A DNA stretch of 64,000 nucleotides from Octopus sinensis (lineage: Eukaryota): assembly GCF_006345805.1 (NCBI RefSeq), contig NC_043003.1, forward strand, positions 106,020,001 to 106,084,000. The letters are read 5' to 3'. The first letter of the stretch is position 1. Every line of letters starts with the position of its first letter. This document shows, piece by piece, positions 37,085-49,125 of this stretch. The position numbers and the translations under genes are program-made. The notes under the pieces were generated by a model. The model searched no databases. It was not told the origin of the DNA and saw nothing but the letters and a program-made list of their open reading frames with translations.

Positions 37085-37426
37085 GGTACTAGTAGCGTAG
37101 ACTGGACCCGGTTTGCGCAGACGCGCGTCCGTGCTAGCCAGACGTAGGCAGTCGATCCTACGAGCTGACTGGCGCATGCACGATATATACGATATATACT
37201 TGTATCGATATATACTTGTATATATACGATATATACAAGTATATATCATATACAAGTATATATCGATACAAGTATATATCGATACAAGTATATATCGATA
37301 CAAGTATATATCGTATATATCGTGCATGCGCCAGTCAGCTCGTAGGATCGACTGTCTACGTCTGGCTAGCACGGACGCGCGTCTGCGCGTGTGCGCAAAC
37401 CGGGTCCAGTCTACGCTGCTAGTACC
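37085..37426. mobile_element. Foldback element with GGTACT ends
   Basis: Near-complete palindrome; perfect 9-bp TSD gaaaatgta; core of gatacaagtatatatc repeats that switch orientation. Confidence 0.88.
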
Positions 37427-37741
37427 GAAAATGTATTTGTGAACTGTTGCCTGTTTGCAGGTTGTGTTGGAAAACTTTATTCCTCGGTAATCCGGGGAAT
37501 AGGGAGCATTTCTGTAACCATTTGACATTTGTTTATTTGTGGATTCATCAACGGAGTGCATTTTTTAAAAATTTAGCCTTTGTATCTACTGTTGAACTTC
37601 GACCCTTTCTCCTTTTGGGGGTGGAATTTAAACAGTTGTTCCTACTGTGGTGCACCTGAGCACTGTATACAATAATTTCATTATTATTATTATTACGAGA
37701 AATTTATTTTTTGGAATGTGAAAAAAAAAAAATAGAGAAAC

Positions 37742-37907
37742 AGGAGTGGCTGTGTGGTAAGTAGCTTGCTAACCAACCACATGGTTCCGGGTTCAGTCCC
37801 ACCGCGTAGCATCTTGGGCAAGTGTCTTCTACTATAGCCTCGGGCCGACCAATGCCTTGTGAGTGGATTTGGTAGACGGAAACTGAAAGAAGCCCGTCGT
37901 ATATATG

Positions 37908-37962
<55 letters not shown>

Positions 37963-38172
37963 TTGTCTGTGTTTGTCTCTCTAGAATTCCTTGACAACCG
38001 ATGCTGGTGTGTTTCTGTCCCCGTCACATAGCGGTTCGGCAAAAGAGACCGATAGAATAAGTACTGGGCTTACAAAGAATAAGTCCCGGGGTCGATTTGC
38101 TCGACTAAAGGCGGTGCTCCAGCATGGCCGCAGTCAAATGACTGAAACAGGTAAAAGAGTAAAGAGAGAGAG
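37742..38172 (+). mobile_element. SINE B full length
   Basis: All family B segments present. Confidence 0.92.
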
Positions 38173-38460
38173 TACAATTTTCTTTTGAAAATAAAAAAAA
38201 CTGTATTCCGCTGTTGTAGGCTATTTATTTGAGCTACACCCCTCCAACTGACAGGGGTGGAATTTGAACCTATATTAATTCTAAAAGAAATTTTGGAACT
38301 ATGTAGGAAAACCTAGGTTTTTTTTGGTTTTTGTTTTTGCTTATGGTTTGTGTACGAGTTGCACGTGCTTTTTTGTGCGACGTTTTTTCCTCTCGTGACG
38401 GAGAGACGTAGAACAAGAAGTTGTGAAGGTGTAAGTTGTTCTAGCATTGAAGGCTGCCCC

Positions 38461-38807
38461 GGTACTACTAGCGAACAGTGGTCCCGCTGCGCGCATCCGC
38501 GCAAGCTAGTCGTAAGTAGTCGATCCTACAACGACTTGCGCGTATGTTTGTATTTCAAGGCTGAATCCATATCAAAGAAAATTAAATAATATTTTTCAAA
38601 CAAAGTAAATAAAACGCAAAGTAAATAATTTTTAAAACTAAGTAAATAAATTATTTTTATAAACAAACTAAGGTTAGGATTAGGGTTAGGGTTAAACAAT
38701 TAGGGTTAGGGTTAGGGCCAAAAAGTCGTTGTAGGATCGACTACTTACGACAAGCTAGCGCAGATGCGCGAGTGCGCGCACCGGGACCACTGTTCGCTAG
38801 TAGTACC
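38461..38807. mobile_element. MITE with GGTACT ends and TTAGGG repeats
   Basis: About 75-bp TIRs ggtactactagcgaacagtggtccc; 9-bp TSD ggctgcccc/ggctgcctc. Confidence 0.85.
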
Positions 38808-39137
38808 GGCTGCCTCTCCTCAAAATATGTCGTCATCGGAGATGGTGGTATGCTTGAAGAAGATAGACACGTATTTGGAGGAAAGAACTTATGCTGCGGC
38901 GACGGAAGAAAAGTCCCTGAATTCCAGAATGACTAGTTTTATTTCCTTTGTGTTTTTTTATATTCCTCCCGGTTCACATTTAGAAATATCTCGTGAGAAG
39001 TTTTCATCCATTTATGGTCATTCGCTCTTAGGATCTCATGCAGCAAACCCTCCACTTAGTTTTCATATTTTCGTACTCAAGAGGTAACTTGCTTAATGGA
39101 ACGCTCGTTAATTATACCCTAATTAACAATCCTTCTA

Positions 39138-39445
39138 CAGTGAAGGCGTATGGCTTAGTGGTTAGGATACTCGACTCCCGATCGTTAGGTAGCAAGTTCG
39201 ATTCCCGGCGGCGCGTTGTGTCCTTGAGCAACACGGTTGATTTGTTCCTGTCTATTCGGTTGGTAAGAATGAACTGGACGTGTAATTAAAAGGGACAGCC
39301 TTGTCACATTCTGTATCACGCTAAATATTCCTAAGAACTACGTTGAGGATACGCATGTCTGAGGAGTACTCAGCCACTTGCAAGTTAATTTCACAAGCAG
39401 GCTGTTTTGTCAACTCGAACACTCGTCGTTTGAACCGACAAACCG
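39138..39445 (+). mobile_element. SINE D copy
   Basis: Homologous to 28368-28672. Confidence 0.8.
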
Positions 39446-40003
39446 ATGCTTCTTTCATTTATTCATCCTCCTCCTCCTCCGGTGTTTACTCTTTATGCTA
39501 GTGATTGTACCTACCCATTTTGCCTATATATAGCAAGACCATCTGAGAGAGAGAGAGAGAGAGAGAGTTAAGTGCCTTGGCTACAGGAACAGTGCAGACA
39601 TCATTGAGGATTCATACGATGTCTTACTCTTCACCAGACACTCTGTCATCCTATTAACTTGGTCAATTACATCACAAATAGTCTAATTCCTTTTTACCCC
39701 AACCTACTTCCGCGTATCCTTGATTAACAGGAGCGTTGGTTAGTTTAAATTTCTGGGTCGTTGAACCCCCATCAGTCAGCTTGGGTTAATGACGTTTTGA
39801 ACACAGAACATGATAATCTATAGAATAGCTCCTTGCCTATACCAGGATCAATTCAATATTTGATTTGTAAATTACGGAACCCGTATACACCTGTCCATTT
39901 ATCTATTTTCTCCGTCTACTATTCCTGGAGTGGTCATAGGGGTAGAGTCCTCACACACCTCCTCCACAGGGTCCTATCAGAAGCAACTGTCATATCACTT
40001 TAA

Positions 40004-40420
40004 GGCGGCGAGCTGGAAGAAATATTAGCACGCCGAGCGAAATGCTTAGCGGTATTTCGTCTGAAGTTACGTTCTGAGTTCAAATTCCGCCGAGGTCGAC
40101 TTTGCCTTTCATCCTTTCGGGGTCGATAAATTAAGTACCAGTTACGCACTGGGGTCGATATAATCGACTTAATCCGTTTATCTGTCCTTGTTTGTCCCCT
40201 CTGTGTGTTTAGCCCCTTGTGGGTAGTAAAGAAATAGGTATTTCGTCTGCCGGTACTTTCTGAGTTCAAATTGCGCCGAGGTCGACTTTGCCTTTCATCC
40301 TTTCGGGGTCGATAAATTAATTATCAGTTACGCACTGGGGTCAATATTATCGACTTAATCCGTCTGTCTGCCCTTGTTTGTCCCCTGTATGTTTAACCCT
40401 TTGTGGGTAGTAAAGAAATA
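40004..40420 (+). mobile_element. SINE A dimer
   Basis: Family A head plus second head-less unit. Confidence 0.9.
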
Positions 40421-40429
40421 GGATTCCGA

Positions 40430-40790
40430 AGCATGACCAATTGAGATTATGGATATTCTCCAACCACCTTGTTCTGGTTCTGCCTCCACGTCTCTTGCCG
40501 GCTGGCTTGAAGAATCTACTTTGCGATTCTTCCTGCGACGGTCTAATTACATATCCATAGTATCAAGGCTGTGACTCTTCTCCGCAGAGAAGTAGCGGTT
40601 CGACCTGGAGTGATTCCTTGATCTCTGAACTAAGCCCACCTTTGAGTAACGAATCTCCAAAGATCCTTCGAAAGAATTCCATTCAGGCCACTTGGATTCG
40701 CGATCGAGCTCTTTTGGTTATTATCCAATATTCAGGACCAAATCCATTCTGTCTTGTGATGGTAAACATACAGGAAACACAAAGCAATTT
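40430..40790 (-). mobile_element. RTE-clade LINE 3' remnant
   Basis: RSRIQVA.MEFFRRIFG, LQVEPLLL, YYGYVIR, GKRRGGRTRTRWLENI. Confidence 0.7.
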
Positions 40791-41676
40791 GGGATTTATC
40801 TTTTTTCTATTTGTGCTTCGCTTACTTTTTCTTGTTTCCTGCTTTTCGTTCTTCCTTTTTCTATTCCTTATATTCTTTCTTTCTCTCTACTCTCTTAGTC
40901 TGTTCGTCTCTCATTCTCCGTCGGAAGTATCATGTATTTCTTTTGCTTGGTAAGCAGGGCTTATATGGTTTGGTATCTCATAGCGCAGCACCAACCAGTC
41001 GAGGGATACAAAACTCATGACATATCCAGAGGAGACAAAGAAGCAGCTTACGCGTTCGTCGATAATTCTTCAATTCACAAACTGATCGCTTTTGGATTGT
41101 TTTTGTAAAAGTTTGTCAGAAGGGTAATGGCCATGATGGTTCTGGGGATCTCTGGGATTGGTGAGCAAGAGAGAGAGGGGGAGATGGCATGAGAAGGGGG
41201 AGAGAGAGAGAGAGAGAGAGAAGTGTAATTCTAAGGGGACATCAGAAAAAGAGATTGTGTGTGTGTGTGATATTCATGATATTTTCGAAAAGGGAACAAT
41301 TCCTAAAAGTAAATCGGAACGACCACAAACGCGAAATTGAAACCAAATTAAACCTACAATAAATTTGAAAAAAAAAGAAAAAACTATTAGTTTCTTGGTG
41401 ACTAAGTAGTAAGACCCTATTTTGTAGAGGAAATGATAAGGGCAAAGTTGTGACTGTCAAACCCTTTTCAATGATATTCGCTTCATAGAAAATATTTAGG
41501 GAGTCAGAAAAAATGCTTAGTGGTATTTCTTCCGGTTCTCAGCGCAAGTGTCACCGAGGTCAGCTTTGCCTTTCATCATTTCAGCGTTGATAAATAAATA
41601 GTAAAATACTGGGATGATAAAATCGACCAAGCATTTCTCCCTAAAACTGTTGGCATTGCCCTAAAATAAGAAAGTG

Positions 41677-42060
41677 TGGAAGCACTCCGTCGGTTACGAC
41701 GATGAGGGTTCCGGTTGATCCGAATCAACGGAACAGCCTGCTCGTGAAATTAACGTGTAAGTGGCTGAGCACTCCACAGACACGTGTACCCTTAACGTAG
41801 TTCTCAGGGATATTCAGCGTGACACAGAGAGTGACAAGGCCGGCCCCTTGAAATACAGGTACAACAGAAACAGGAAGTAAGAGTGAGAGAAAGTTGTGGT
41901 GAAAGAGTACAGCAGGGATCACCACCATCCCTGCCGGAGCCTCGTGGAGCTTTTAGGTGTTTTCGCTCAATAAACACTCACAACACCCGGTCTGGGAATC
42001 GAAACCGCGATCCTATGACCGCGAGTCCGCTGCCCTAACCACTGGGCCATTACGCCTCCA
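41677..42060 (-). mobile_element. SINE C full length
   Basis: Flanked by aaaataagaaag duplication. Confidence 0.92.
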
Positions 42061-42159
42061 CAAAATAAGAAAGAACTACATAGAGAAAAACAAATCCAAA
42101 TGATGGCTAAAATCACGTAAGATATTTTTGATATTATCTGGACGGTGTCATAGACTTAC

Positions 42160-42210
42160 CTGCACAGTCGTAAGTGAGGCAGTTCAGGTTCTCGGTTGTG
42201 GAATAACTCT
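42160..42210 (-). CDS. Exon A (most 5' exon found) of a Cys-rich/IPT-like/REJ-like ectodomain gene; xSYSTTENLNCLTYDCA(G)
   Basis: Acceptor ttctcttttcAG, donor CAG|GTAAGT; 51 bp, phase 1-1; ends DCA-G and joins exon B to give DCAGTCNG. Confidence 0.8.
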
Positions 42211-42316
42211 CTGAAAAGAGAAAATTAATTAAAAAAATTAATAGCATATCCAATAATTAGAAGCTCTTACTGCTAAAAGTTCCACAAAATTTCATGAAAA
42301 TTGAGGCAAAAATATA

Positions 42317-42420
42317 CAGGAGTGGCTGCGTGGTAAGTAGCTGGGCGGCACCTTGGGCAAGTGTCTTCTACTTTAGTCTCGTGAGTGGATTTGGTAGACG
42401 GAAACTGAAAGAAGCTCGTC

Positions 42421-42472
<52 letters not shown>

Positions 42473-42640
42473 CATGACAACCAATGTTGGTGTGTTTACG
42501 TCCCTGTAACTTAGCGGTTCGGCAAAAGTGACCGACAGAATAAAGTACTAGGCTTACAAAGAATAAGTCCTGGGGTCGATTTGTTCGTCTAAAAGGCGGT
42601 GCTCCAGTATGGCCGCAGTCAAATGACTGAAACCAGAAAC
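42317..42640 (+). mobile_element. SINE B with head deletion
   Basis: Family B core and tail. Confidence 0.85.
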
Positions 42641-42654
42641 AGAATAACAGTCCA

Positions 42655-42830
42655 CTCGTGCCAGTCCATTTACAAGATAAAGGTGCATTCCAGAAGTTCT
42701 GAGACTGATTCATGAAAAGACATTTAATAATTTCGAAGAAGTGTAAAACTCTAATCTCTTTCAAAATAGAATCTTCTGAGTGTAATTCAGTTGTTGTAGC
42801 GCTCCAGACTCTTCGTGATGGCCCTTCGTC
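42655..42830 (-). mobile_element. Mariner 3' fragment related to 58803-59160
   Basis: Shared ttccagaagttctga and aaaactctaatctc.ttcaaaatag segments. Confidence 0.5.
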
Positions 42831-43195
42831 ACCCTATCAATGACTTCAAAATAACTGCCATCGAGGATCTCCTTGGGCCTGGAAAATAATCAACAGTCAC
42901 AGTGTTCAAGCCCTAAACTGGAGGGGACAGTTTTGATGCCCACCACTGTCAGTTTGTTGGTTACCAGGATGGAAGTGTGGACCTGGTGCAGACGTTCTGG
43001 CCCTTTGCAACGAAGTCTCTTTCCGAACTCCCTCAAAACCTCTACAAACTACACTTTGCTGACCGTCTGACCAGAAGGAACGCAGCGGAAGTAGATGCCC
43101 TTGCTGTGGAAAAATGGGACCCTCATGAGCTCTCTCGGTGGACTTGCTTTGCCTGGCCTCTTGCGCCAATGGAAAACAAATGTTCGGCTTATACA
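42830..43195 (+). mobile_element. Degenerate Tx1-like LINE fragment
   Basis: LSELPQNLYKL...FAWPLAPMEN parallels the TFGPGPMDN region of the other copies. Confidence 0.45.
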
Positions 43196-43269
43196 AGTTA
43201 ATCGAAAAGCAATCTGGAGAATTCCATCAGTTCCTGTCGTATTTTGGCTCAATTTAACGCAAAACTTAA

Positions 43270-43439
43270 TGGTATGCTCTTTTACGCTTTTACTTTTTTC
43301 AGTCGAAGAAATCGATCCCAGGACTTTGTAAGCCTAGTACTTCTATCGGTCCTTTGCCGAACCGCTAAGTAATGGGGACGTAAACACCAACATCGGTTGT
43401 CAAGCGATGGTGGTGGGGACAAACATAAATGCACACACA

Positions 43440-43480
<41 letters not shown>

Positions 43481-43686
43481 TTATTTTATAGAAGGAGCTT
43501 CTACAGGACTAGAACTGTTTCATTCAAAAGAAATCATCAGGAAGAGCTTCCTGATGATTTCTTTTGAATGAAACAGTTCTAGTCCTGTAGAAGCTCCTTC
43601 TATAAAATAAATTAATTTACTCTGCTATGTATTGAGTACCTTATTTACTGTGGTTAACCTCGACTCAACCCGGGACCTACATATAT

Positions 43687-43729
<43 letters not shown>

Positions 43730-43885
43730 CGGGCTTCTTTTAGTTTCCGTCTACCAAATCCACTCACATGGCTTTGGTTGGCCCGAGATTATAGTAGAAA
43801 ACACTTGCCCAAGGTACCACGCAGTGGGCCTGAACTCGGAACCATGTAGCTGGGAAGCAAGTTTCTTACCATACTCCTGTATGCC
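43270..43885 (-). mobile_element. SINE B interrupted by a PLE palindrome
   Basis: Tail 43270-43440 and head 43725-43885 separated by (TA)n-insert-(TA)n. Confidence 0.85.
43479..43680. mobile_element. PLE-type fragment with perfect 134-bp palindrome, inserted in the (TA)n of a SINE B
   Basis: 66-bp arms with AG spacer; each arm has CUGAUGA...GAAA. Confidence 0.65.
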
Positions 43886-44459
43886 AAGCTTCCAGTTTGT
43901 CTTCACGCCTCAACTGCATTCTGCAAACTAGTCAGCTGTGACAAGTAGTGTTTTGTAGGAAGTGTTCTAAGTGCCCTCCCTGCCGTGTCCTTCAATGAGG
44001 AATCAAAAAGTTGGCAGGTCAGCTTATTAGATGTTTAGTGATGCTATAATAAAACTGCAATGATCTAGGAGAGCCATAACTATCTCTCCAAAAATAAAAT
44101 AAAGTCCGAAGACTTGTGGAATGTCCCTTGTTTTATCAATAAGAAATGCTTCTGGGTCAAATAATTTAAGTTTGGTTGTTCAATAACTTCAGAATCTTGA
44201 TGCAATAAAAGTAAATTATATCTATGTGCGTGCCTTTGTGCTTGTTTCCTACTACGGCTTGACAGCCGGTGTTGCTTTGTTTGCGTTCATGTAGCCGGTA
44301 AAAGAGACAGAATAAGTGCCAGATTAAAAAAAAACAAACGAAGTACTGCGCTTGATTTGTTCGACTAGATCCCTATCAAAGCTTTACCTCAAGCCATAGT
44401 CCATTCACGGAAACGAGTAAAAGATATGTATGTGTATATATACACACACACATACATAC

Positions 44460-44623
44460 ACTGGAGGCGCAGAAGTGGGTGTGTAGTAAGTAGCTTGCTT
44501 ACTAACCACATGGTTATGGGTTCAGTCCTACTGTGCACCTTGGAGAAGTGTCTTCTACTATAGCCTCGGGCCGACCAAAGCCTTGTGAGTGAATTTAGTA
44601 GATGGAAAATGAAAGAAGCCCGT

Positions 44624-44694
<71 letters not shown>

Positions 44695-44895
44695 GTGTGT
44701 ATGTATGTGAGTGCGTCTGTCCCTCATCGCTTGACAACCGATGGTGGTGTCTACGTCCTCGTAATTAAGCGGTTCAGCAAAAGAGACCGATAGAATAAGT
44801 ACTAGGCTTACGAGGAATAAGTCCTGGGGTCGATTTGTCCGACAAAAGGCGGTGCTTCAGTATGGCCGCAGTCAAATGACTGAAACAAAAGAAAA
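44460..44895 (+). mobile_element. SINE B
   Basis: Family B segments. Confidence 0.88.
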
Positions 44896-44929
44896 CATGC
44901 ATACATACTAACAAGCATACATAATTTTC

Positions 44930-45860
44930 ACATCAACAGTGATGTAGACCGAGTCTGCCTAAAACGAAAACAAGGCGGCAGAGGCTTAACACCCATCCCA
45001 AATGCCTTTGAATGTCGTATCTTATCCCTTCGGCAACATCTTTTAACCACCAATTGTCGAAGTGCATTCCTTGGCCAAGTTTGCATACATGAGTCTAATA
45101 ACATCATAAGACTTGGAAGGCAGCTTCTTGGGCAGCATTCCTTGTCTGATAAGCTTAAATATTTGGCCAAAGAAGTCGCACGACTCTACCGCAACATATC
45201 AGATGAAAGGATGAGCGTATATGAGCAGGAAACGATGCATGGATATGTTCGTAGAAAGCTCAGAGATGATCATCAGAACAGTTTATCACGGACCAACAAC
45301 CGGATTACTACCTCCCACTTTGAAAGGTATACGTTTGCAATCCAGGAACAGGAAATATCAACCAAACACCTGATGCACAAAAGGGACAGAAATGCAGGGA
45401 AAGCAGTAAAATGTAACAACCGAAGCAGATTTTGTAGGGTTAACACCGCAGATATCATCCACACCATAAGCAGTTGTCCAAAAATGTATTATCTACCGAT
45501 AAGACATGATGCTATAACTAGGACACTCGAAAGGATAACCCCGAGGACAAAGAAATAAGAACCCACAGTATTGTAAAAACCACAGCCACTCATAAAAGGA
45601 ATACTGGTGGACTGTACCAGTGAAGACCTCAATAAAATGTAAGCACAACAGACCTGATATAATGATTAGGGATAGAGAAGAGAAACTGTACAGTTGTGGA
45701 AATCAGCTGCCCAGAGGATGTTAACATAAAGCTGAAGATCAGTGAAAAAGAGAACACCTATGCTGAACTATTGAGAAATCTGCAGTTACTCTATCCAGAT
45801 TACATGTTCAGGTTTGTACTTGTTATTGGGGCGCTGGGATATGTAACACTGCCTAAATAC
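44930..45860 (+). mobile_element. R4/Dong-like (RLE) LINE 3' fragment
   Basis: NFHINSDVDR...KQGGRGL, HTISSCPK, HNRPDI, VEISCPEDVNIKLKISEKENTY. Confidence 0.85.
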
Positions 45861-46399
45861 GATGGCTTAAGCGGCCAAAACTTTGGAGTCACTGTCAATA
45901 TTATTCATGTTTAAGAATAATACACACACGCACGCACACATATATGATAGTGTACATAAAATAGTAGAACATGATCCTATGTAATAACTAGAAATGCCAT
46001 CAGCAGTTACTGTACATCTATAAACTGTTTTCCTGAGGCATTGTCCTTTAATACACGCACGCAGTTAGCTGTCACTCGAAAACGAGTCTGGCCAGGTAAC
46101 TTGTACCGTGCTTTCACTGTTTCTTTTAAGTGCCTATGCCGTTGCGAGCAGACATAGGCACACGGATCTTCTACACAGGAACCGGCGAAATATCGTGGCT
46201 GTTGACTGCTGGAGAGAGAAGGAGAGCTGCCCTAGCACTAAGTTGCTACTCAGTTACGAACTAGACTGGAGTAACGTGGAGATATGTATACGCGTGTGTG
46301 TGTGTGTGCTTACGTACACACATACATGCACACATGGTGGTTGTCTACTCTTTATGCAGAGTCTGACCACTTCTTGTACCCACATCTTAGATCCATCAT

Positions 46400-47050
46400 G
46401 GCGTCTGATGTGGCTTTTTAAAAGGTCACAGATTCACCCTCTTGATCGCAACATTCTTCTTTAAATCTGGCTTCAGTCTTGCATGTGTTATCCTGGCCTC
46501 CTCAGACGCTTTCACTCCACTCCACACTTTAGTTCGCCATCCAGCTCGATCCGAAGTAAGGGTTTCTACGGACTTTGGATCCATTCAAAGTGACTCTGTG
46601 GTAGTCCTTATGCCGTCCTTAAACCTCCTCTTTAAGTTTGCACCGATTGCGTTTCCTTTCTGCAAGCTCGCCATAAAATAGCTGTTTGGGTGTGTGTTCA
46701 TCCGCCATTCGAACAATATGGCCAGACGATCTCATTTGATTTTTCAGAATCATGCCTGCAGACGCAAAGACATCTGTGTCTGGAATAAAAAAGCTCCATT
46801 TAATGTTTAATATGCGGCGAAGATATTTTTGGTGGAATCGTTCTAACAATTTGAAATGTCTTTCATAACACGTCCATGCAACAGGAGTGGTAAGACAAAC
46901 GATTTGTAAAGAACCAATTTTGGCTTGTTATTTATATGTCGTTGGCGCCAAACGCGTGACCCCAAACCACCAAATGCTTGTGCTGCCCTTTGAATACGCA
47001 GATGTATTTCTGTGTCCAGATTTCCATCATTTTGTATAGAGCTTCCAAGA
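46400..47050 (-). mobile_element. RTE-BovB-like LINE 3' fragment
   Basis: LERFHQKYLRRILNIKW...GHIVRMADEHTPKQLFYGEL. Confidence 0.85.
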
Positions 47051-47109
47051 TAAATGAGTCGTTACCCTTAATGAATACATACACACATGATTGAATACAT
47101 ACATATCAC

Positions 47110-47402
47110 TGTGATCACCGTGACCGACCAGGCTATCAGATGTTGTTACATATCGCTGGTCACAATGCGCTTCACATTGTTTTAGCCCTCAAATGACGCC
47201 ACCCTGCTGGCTAAGCGAGCAGGCCAACAGAAGTAAGAGTGAGAGAAAGTTGTGGCGAAAGAGTACAGCAGGGATCGCCACCACCTCCTGCCGGAGCCCC
47301 GTGGAGCTTTGGGTGTTTTCGCTCAATAAACACACACAATCGAAACCGCGATCCTACGACCGCGAGTCCGCTGCCCTAACCACTGGGCCATTGCGCCTCC
47401 AC
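47110..47402 (-). mobile_element. SINE C variant
   Basis: Family C head plus a distinct tail. Confidence 0.8.
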
Positions 47403-48117
47403 ATACATATACATACGCAGATGTATATACGTGTATGTGACTGTCTGTCTGTCTGTCTGTCTGTACACACTTATGCATTAAGTTCTGTCACGCCAATAAT
47501 TTGTTCTTACAACATACACAACACACTCAATCACTGCCCCTTTTTGTTTTTTTTTTTCATTTTCTTCTGTTTTTATGAGTATGTCTGAGCGGAAATAAAT
47601 TACTTGGGCAGGTGACTAGAAAGTTCAACTCTAATCCGATAGGCAAACATGACGATGAACACCACGAAGACAATTAATCCTCTTTAAATGTTTATTAGGC
47701 TTGTCTTTTGTAATGGAATTAGTTCGAGAACAATGGCAAATACTGTCTCTTAATTATCTTTGCATATTGTAATATGGAACACAGGGATTATGATGTTTCT
47801 GTTAAATGTTTTTATCGCCGAGATTTTCCTCAGCCCGCCCATATTAGTGTTTGATTCGCTTAAACTGTCTGTGCAAGTAATGACATCAATGACTCGTGAC
47901 TTATATCTCCTTGGCTATGACTGTCGCTGCTGCCACCACTTCTGTTGTGGTTCATCAACCTTTATTCAATAAACTTCTGATCTGCGCTGGATTAACCATT
48001 GAAATAAACACGTCCTTAGAGCATCAAGAGAAGCAGGACGCCACAAAGTTGGTAAATGTTTTACGGTACAAAAGAAATCATTTAAAACTTTGCTAAAATT
48101 ATATTCAAAGTGGTTTA

Positions 48118-48286
48118 TATAGGCGCAGGAGTGGCTGGGTGGTAAATAGCTTGTTTACAAACCACATGGTTCCGGGTTCAGTCCCACTGCGTGGCACCTC
48201 GGGCAAGTGTCTTCTACTATAGCCTCGGGCCGACCAATGCCTTGTGAGTGGATTTGGTAGACGGAAACTGAAAGAAGCCGGTCGTA

Positions 48287-48325
<39 letters not shown>

Positions 48326-48562
48326 TATATATATGTGTGTGTATGTATGTATGTGTGTGTTTGTCCCCCTAGCATTGCTTGACAACCGATGCTGGCGTGT
48401 TTGCGTCCCCGTCACATAGCGGTTCGGCAAAAGTAGACCAATAGAATAAGTACTGGGCTTCCAAAGAAGAAGTCCCGGGGTCGAGTTGCTCGATTAAAGG
48501 CGGTGCTCCAGCATGGCCGCAGTCAAATGACTGAAACAAGTAAAAGAGTAAAAGAGTATATG
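48118..48562 (+). mobile_element. SINE B full length
   Basis: Family B segments. Confidence 0.92.
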
Positions 48563-48734
48563 ATTGGAAATATAATTTTGAAGTGTCCATGGTGTCAAAG
48601 TGAGGATCGGATCAAAAACTTTCGAATTTTTTTTTAAAAAAGAAAACTTCCCAAATATAATGTGGATGAATACAAAAATGAATATTATTTTCCATCTTTT
48701 TGTTAGTTTTGCTTAGTTTATTTAGATTCTTTTT

Positions 48735-48936
48735 TTTTATCCTTTTACTTGTTTCAGTCATTTGACTGCGATCATGCTGGAGCACCGCATTTTAGTCGAA
48801 GAAATCGACTCTGGACTTTGTAAGCCTAGTACTTATTCTATTGGTCTCTTTTGCCGAGCCGCTAAGTTACGGGGACGTAAGCACACCAACATCGGTTGTC
48901 AGGCGATGGCGGACACACACACACACACACACACAA

Positions 48937-48975
<39 letters not shown>

Positions 48976-49125
48976 CGGGCTTCTTTTCAGTTTCCGTCTA
49001 CCAAATCCACTGACAAGGCTTTGGTCGGCCCGAGGCTATAATAGGGTCACTTTCCCAAGGTGTCACATAGTGGGATTGAACCTGGAACCATGTGGTTGGT
49101 AAGCAAGCTACTTACCACACAGCCA
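48735..49125 (-). mobile_element. SINE B
   Basis: Reverse complement of family B; inverted relative to 48118-48562. Confidence 0.9.

Noticed and set aside
39650-39990. Very old LINE RT remnant on the minus strand
   Set aside because: Only a vague GIRQGAIL-like motif, so the clade cannot be supported
47604-47630. Possible upstream exon LNFLVTCP ending in a GTAATT donor
   Set aside because: Weak acceptor, very short, and an in-frame stop shortly upstream
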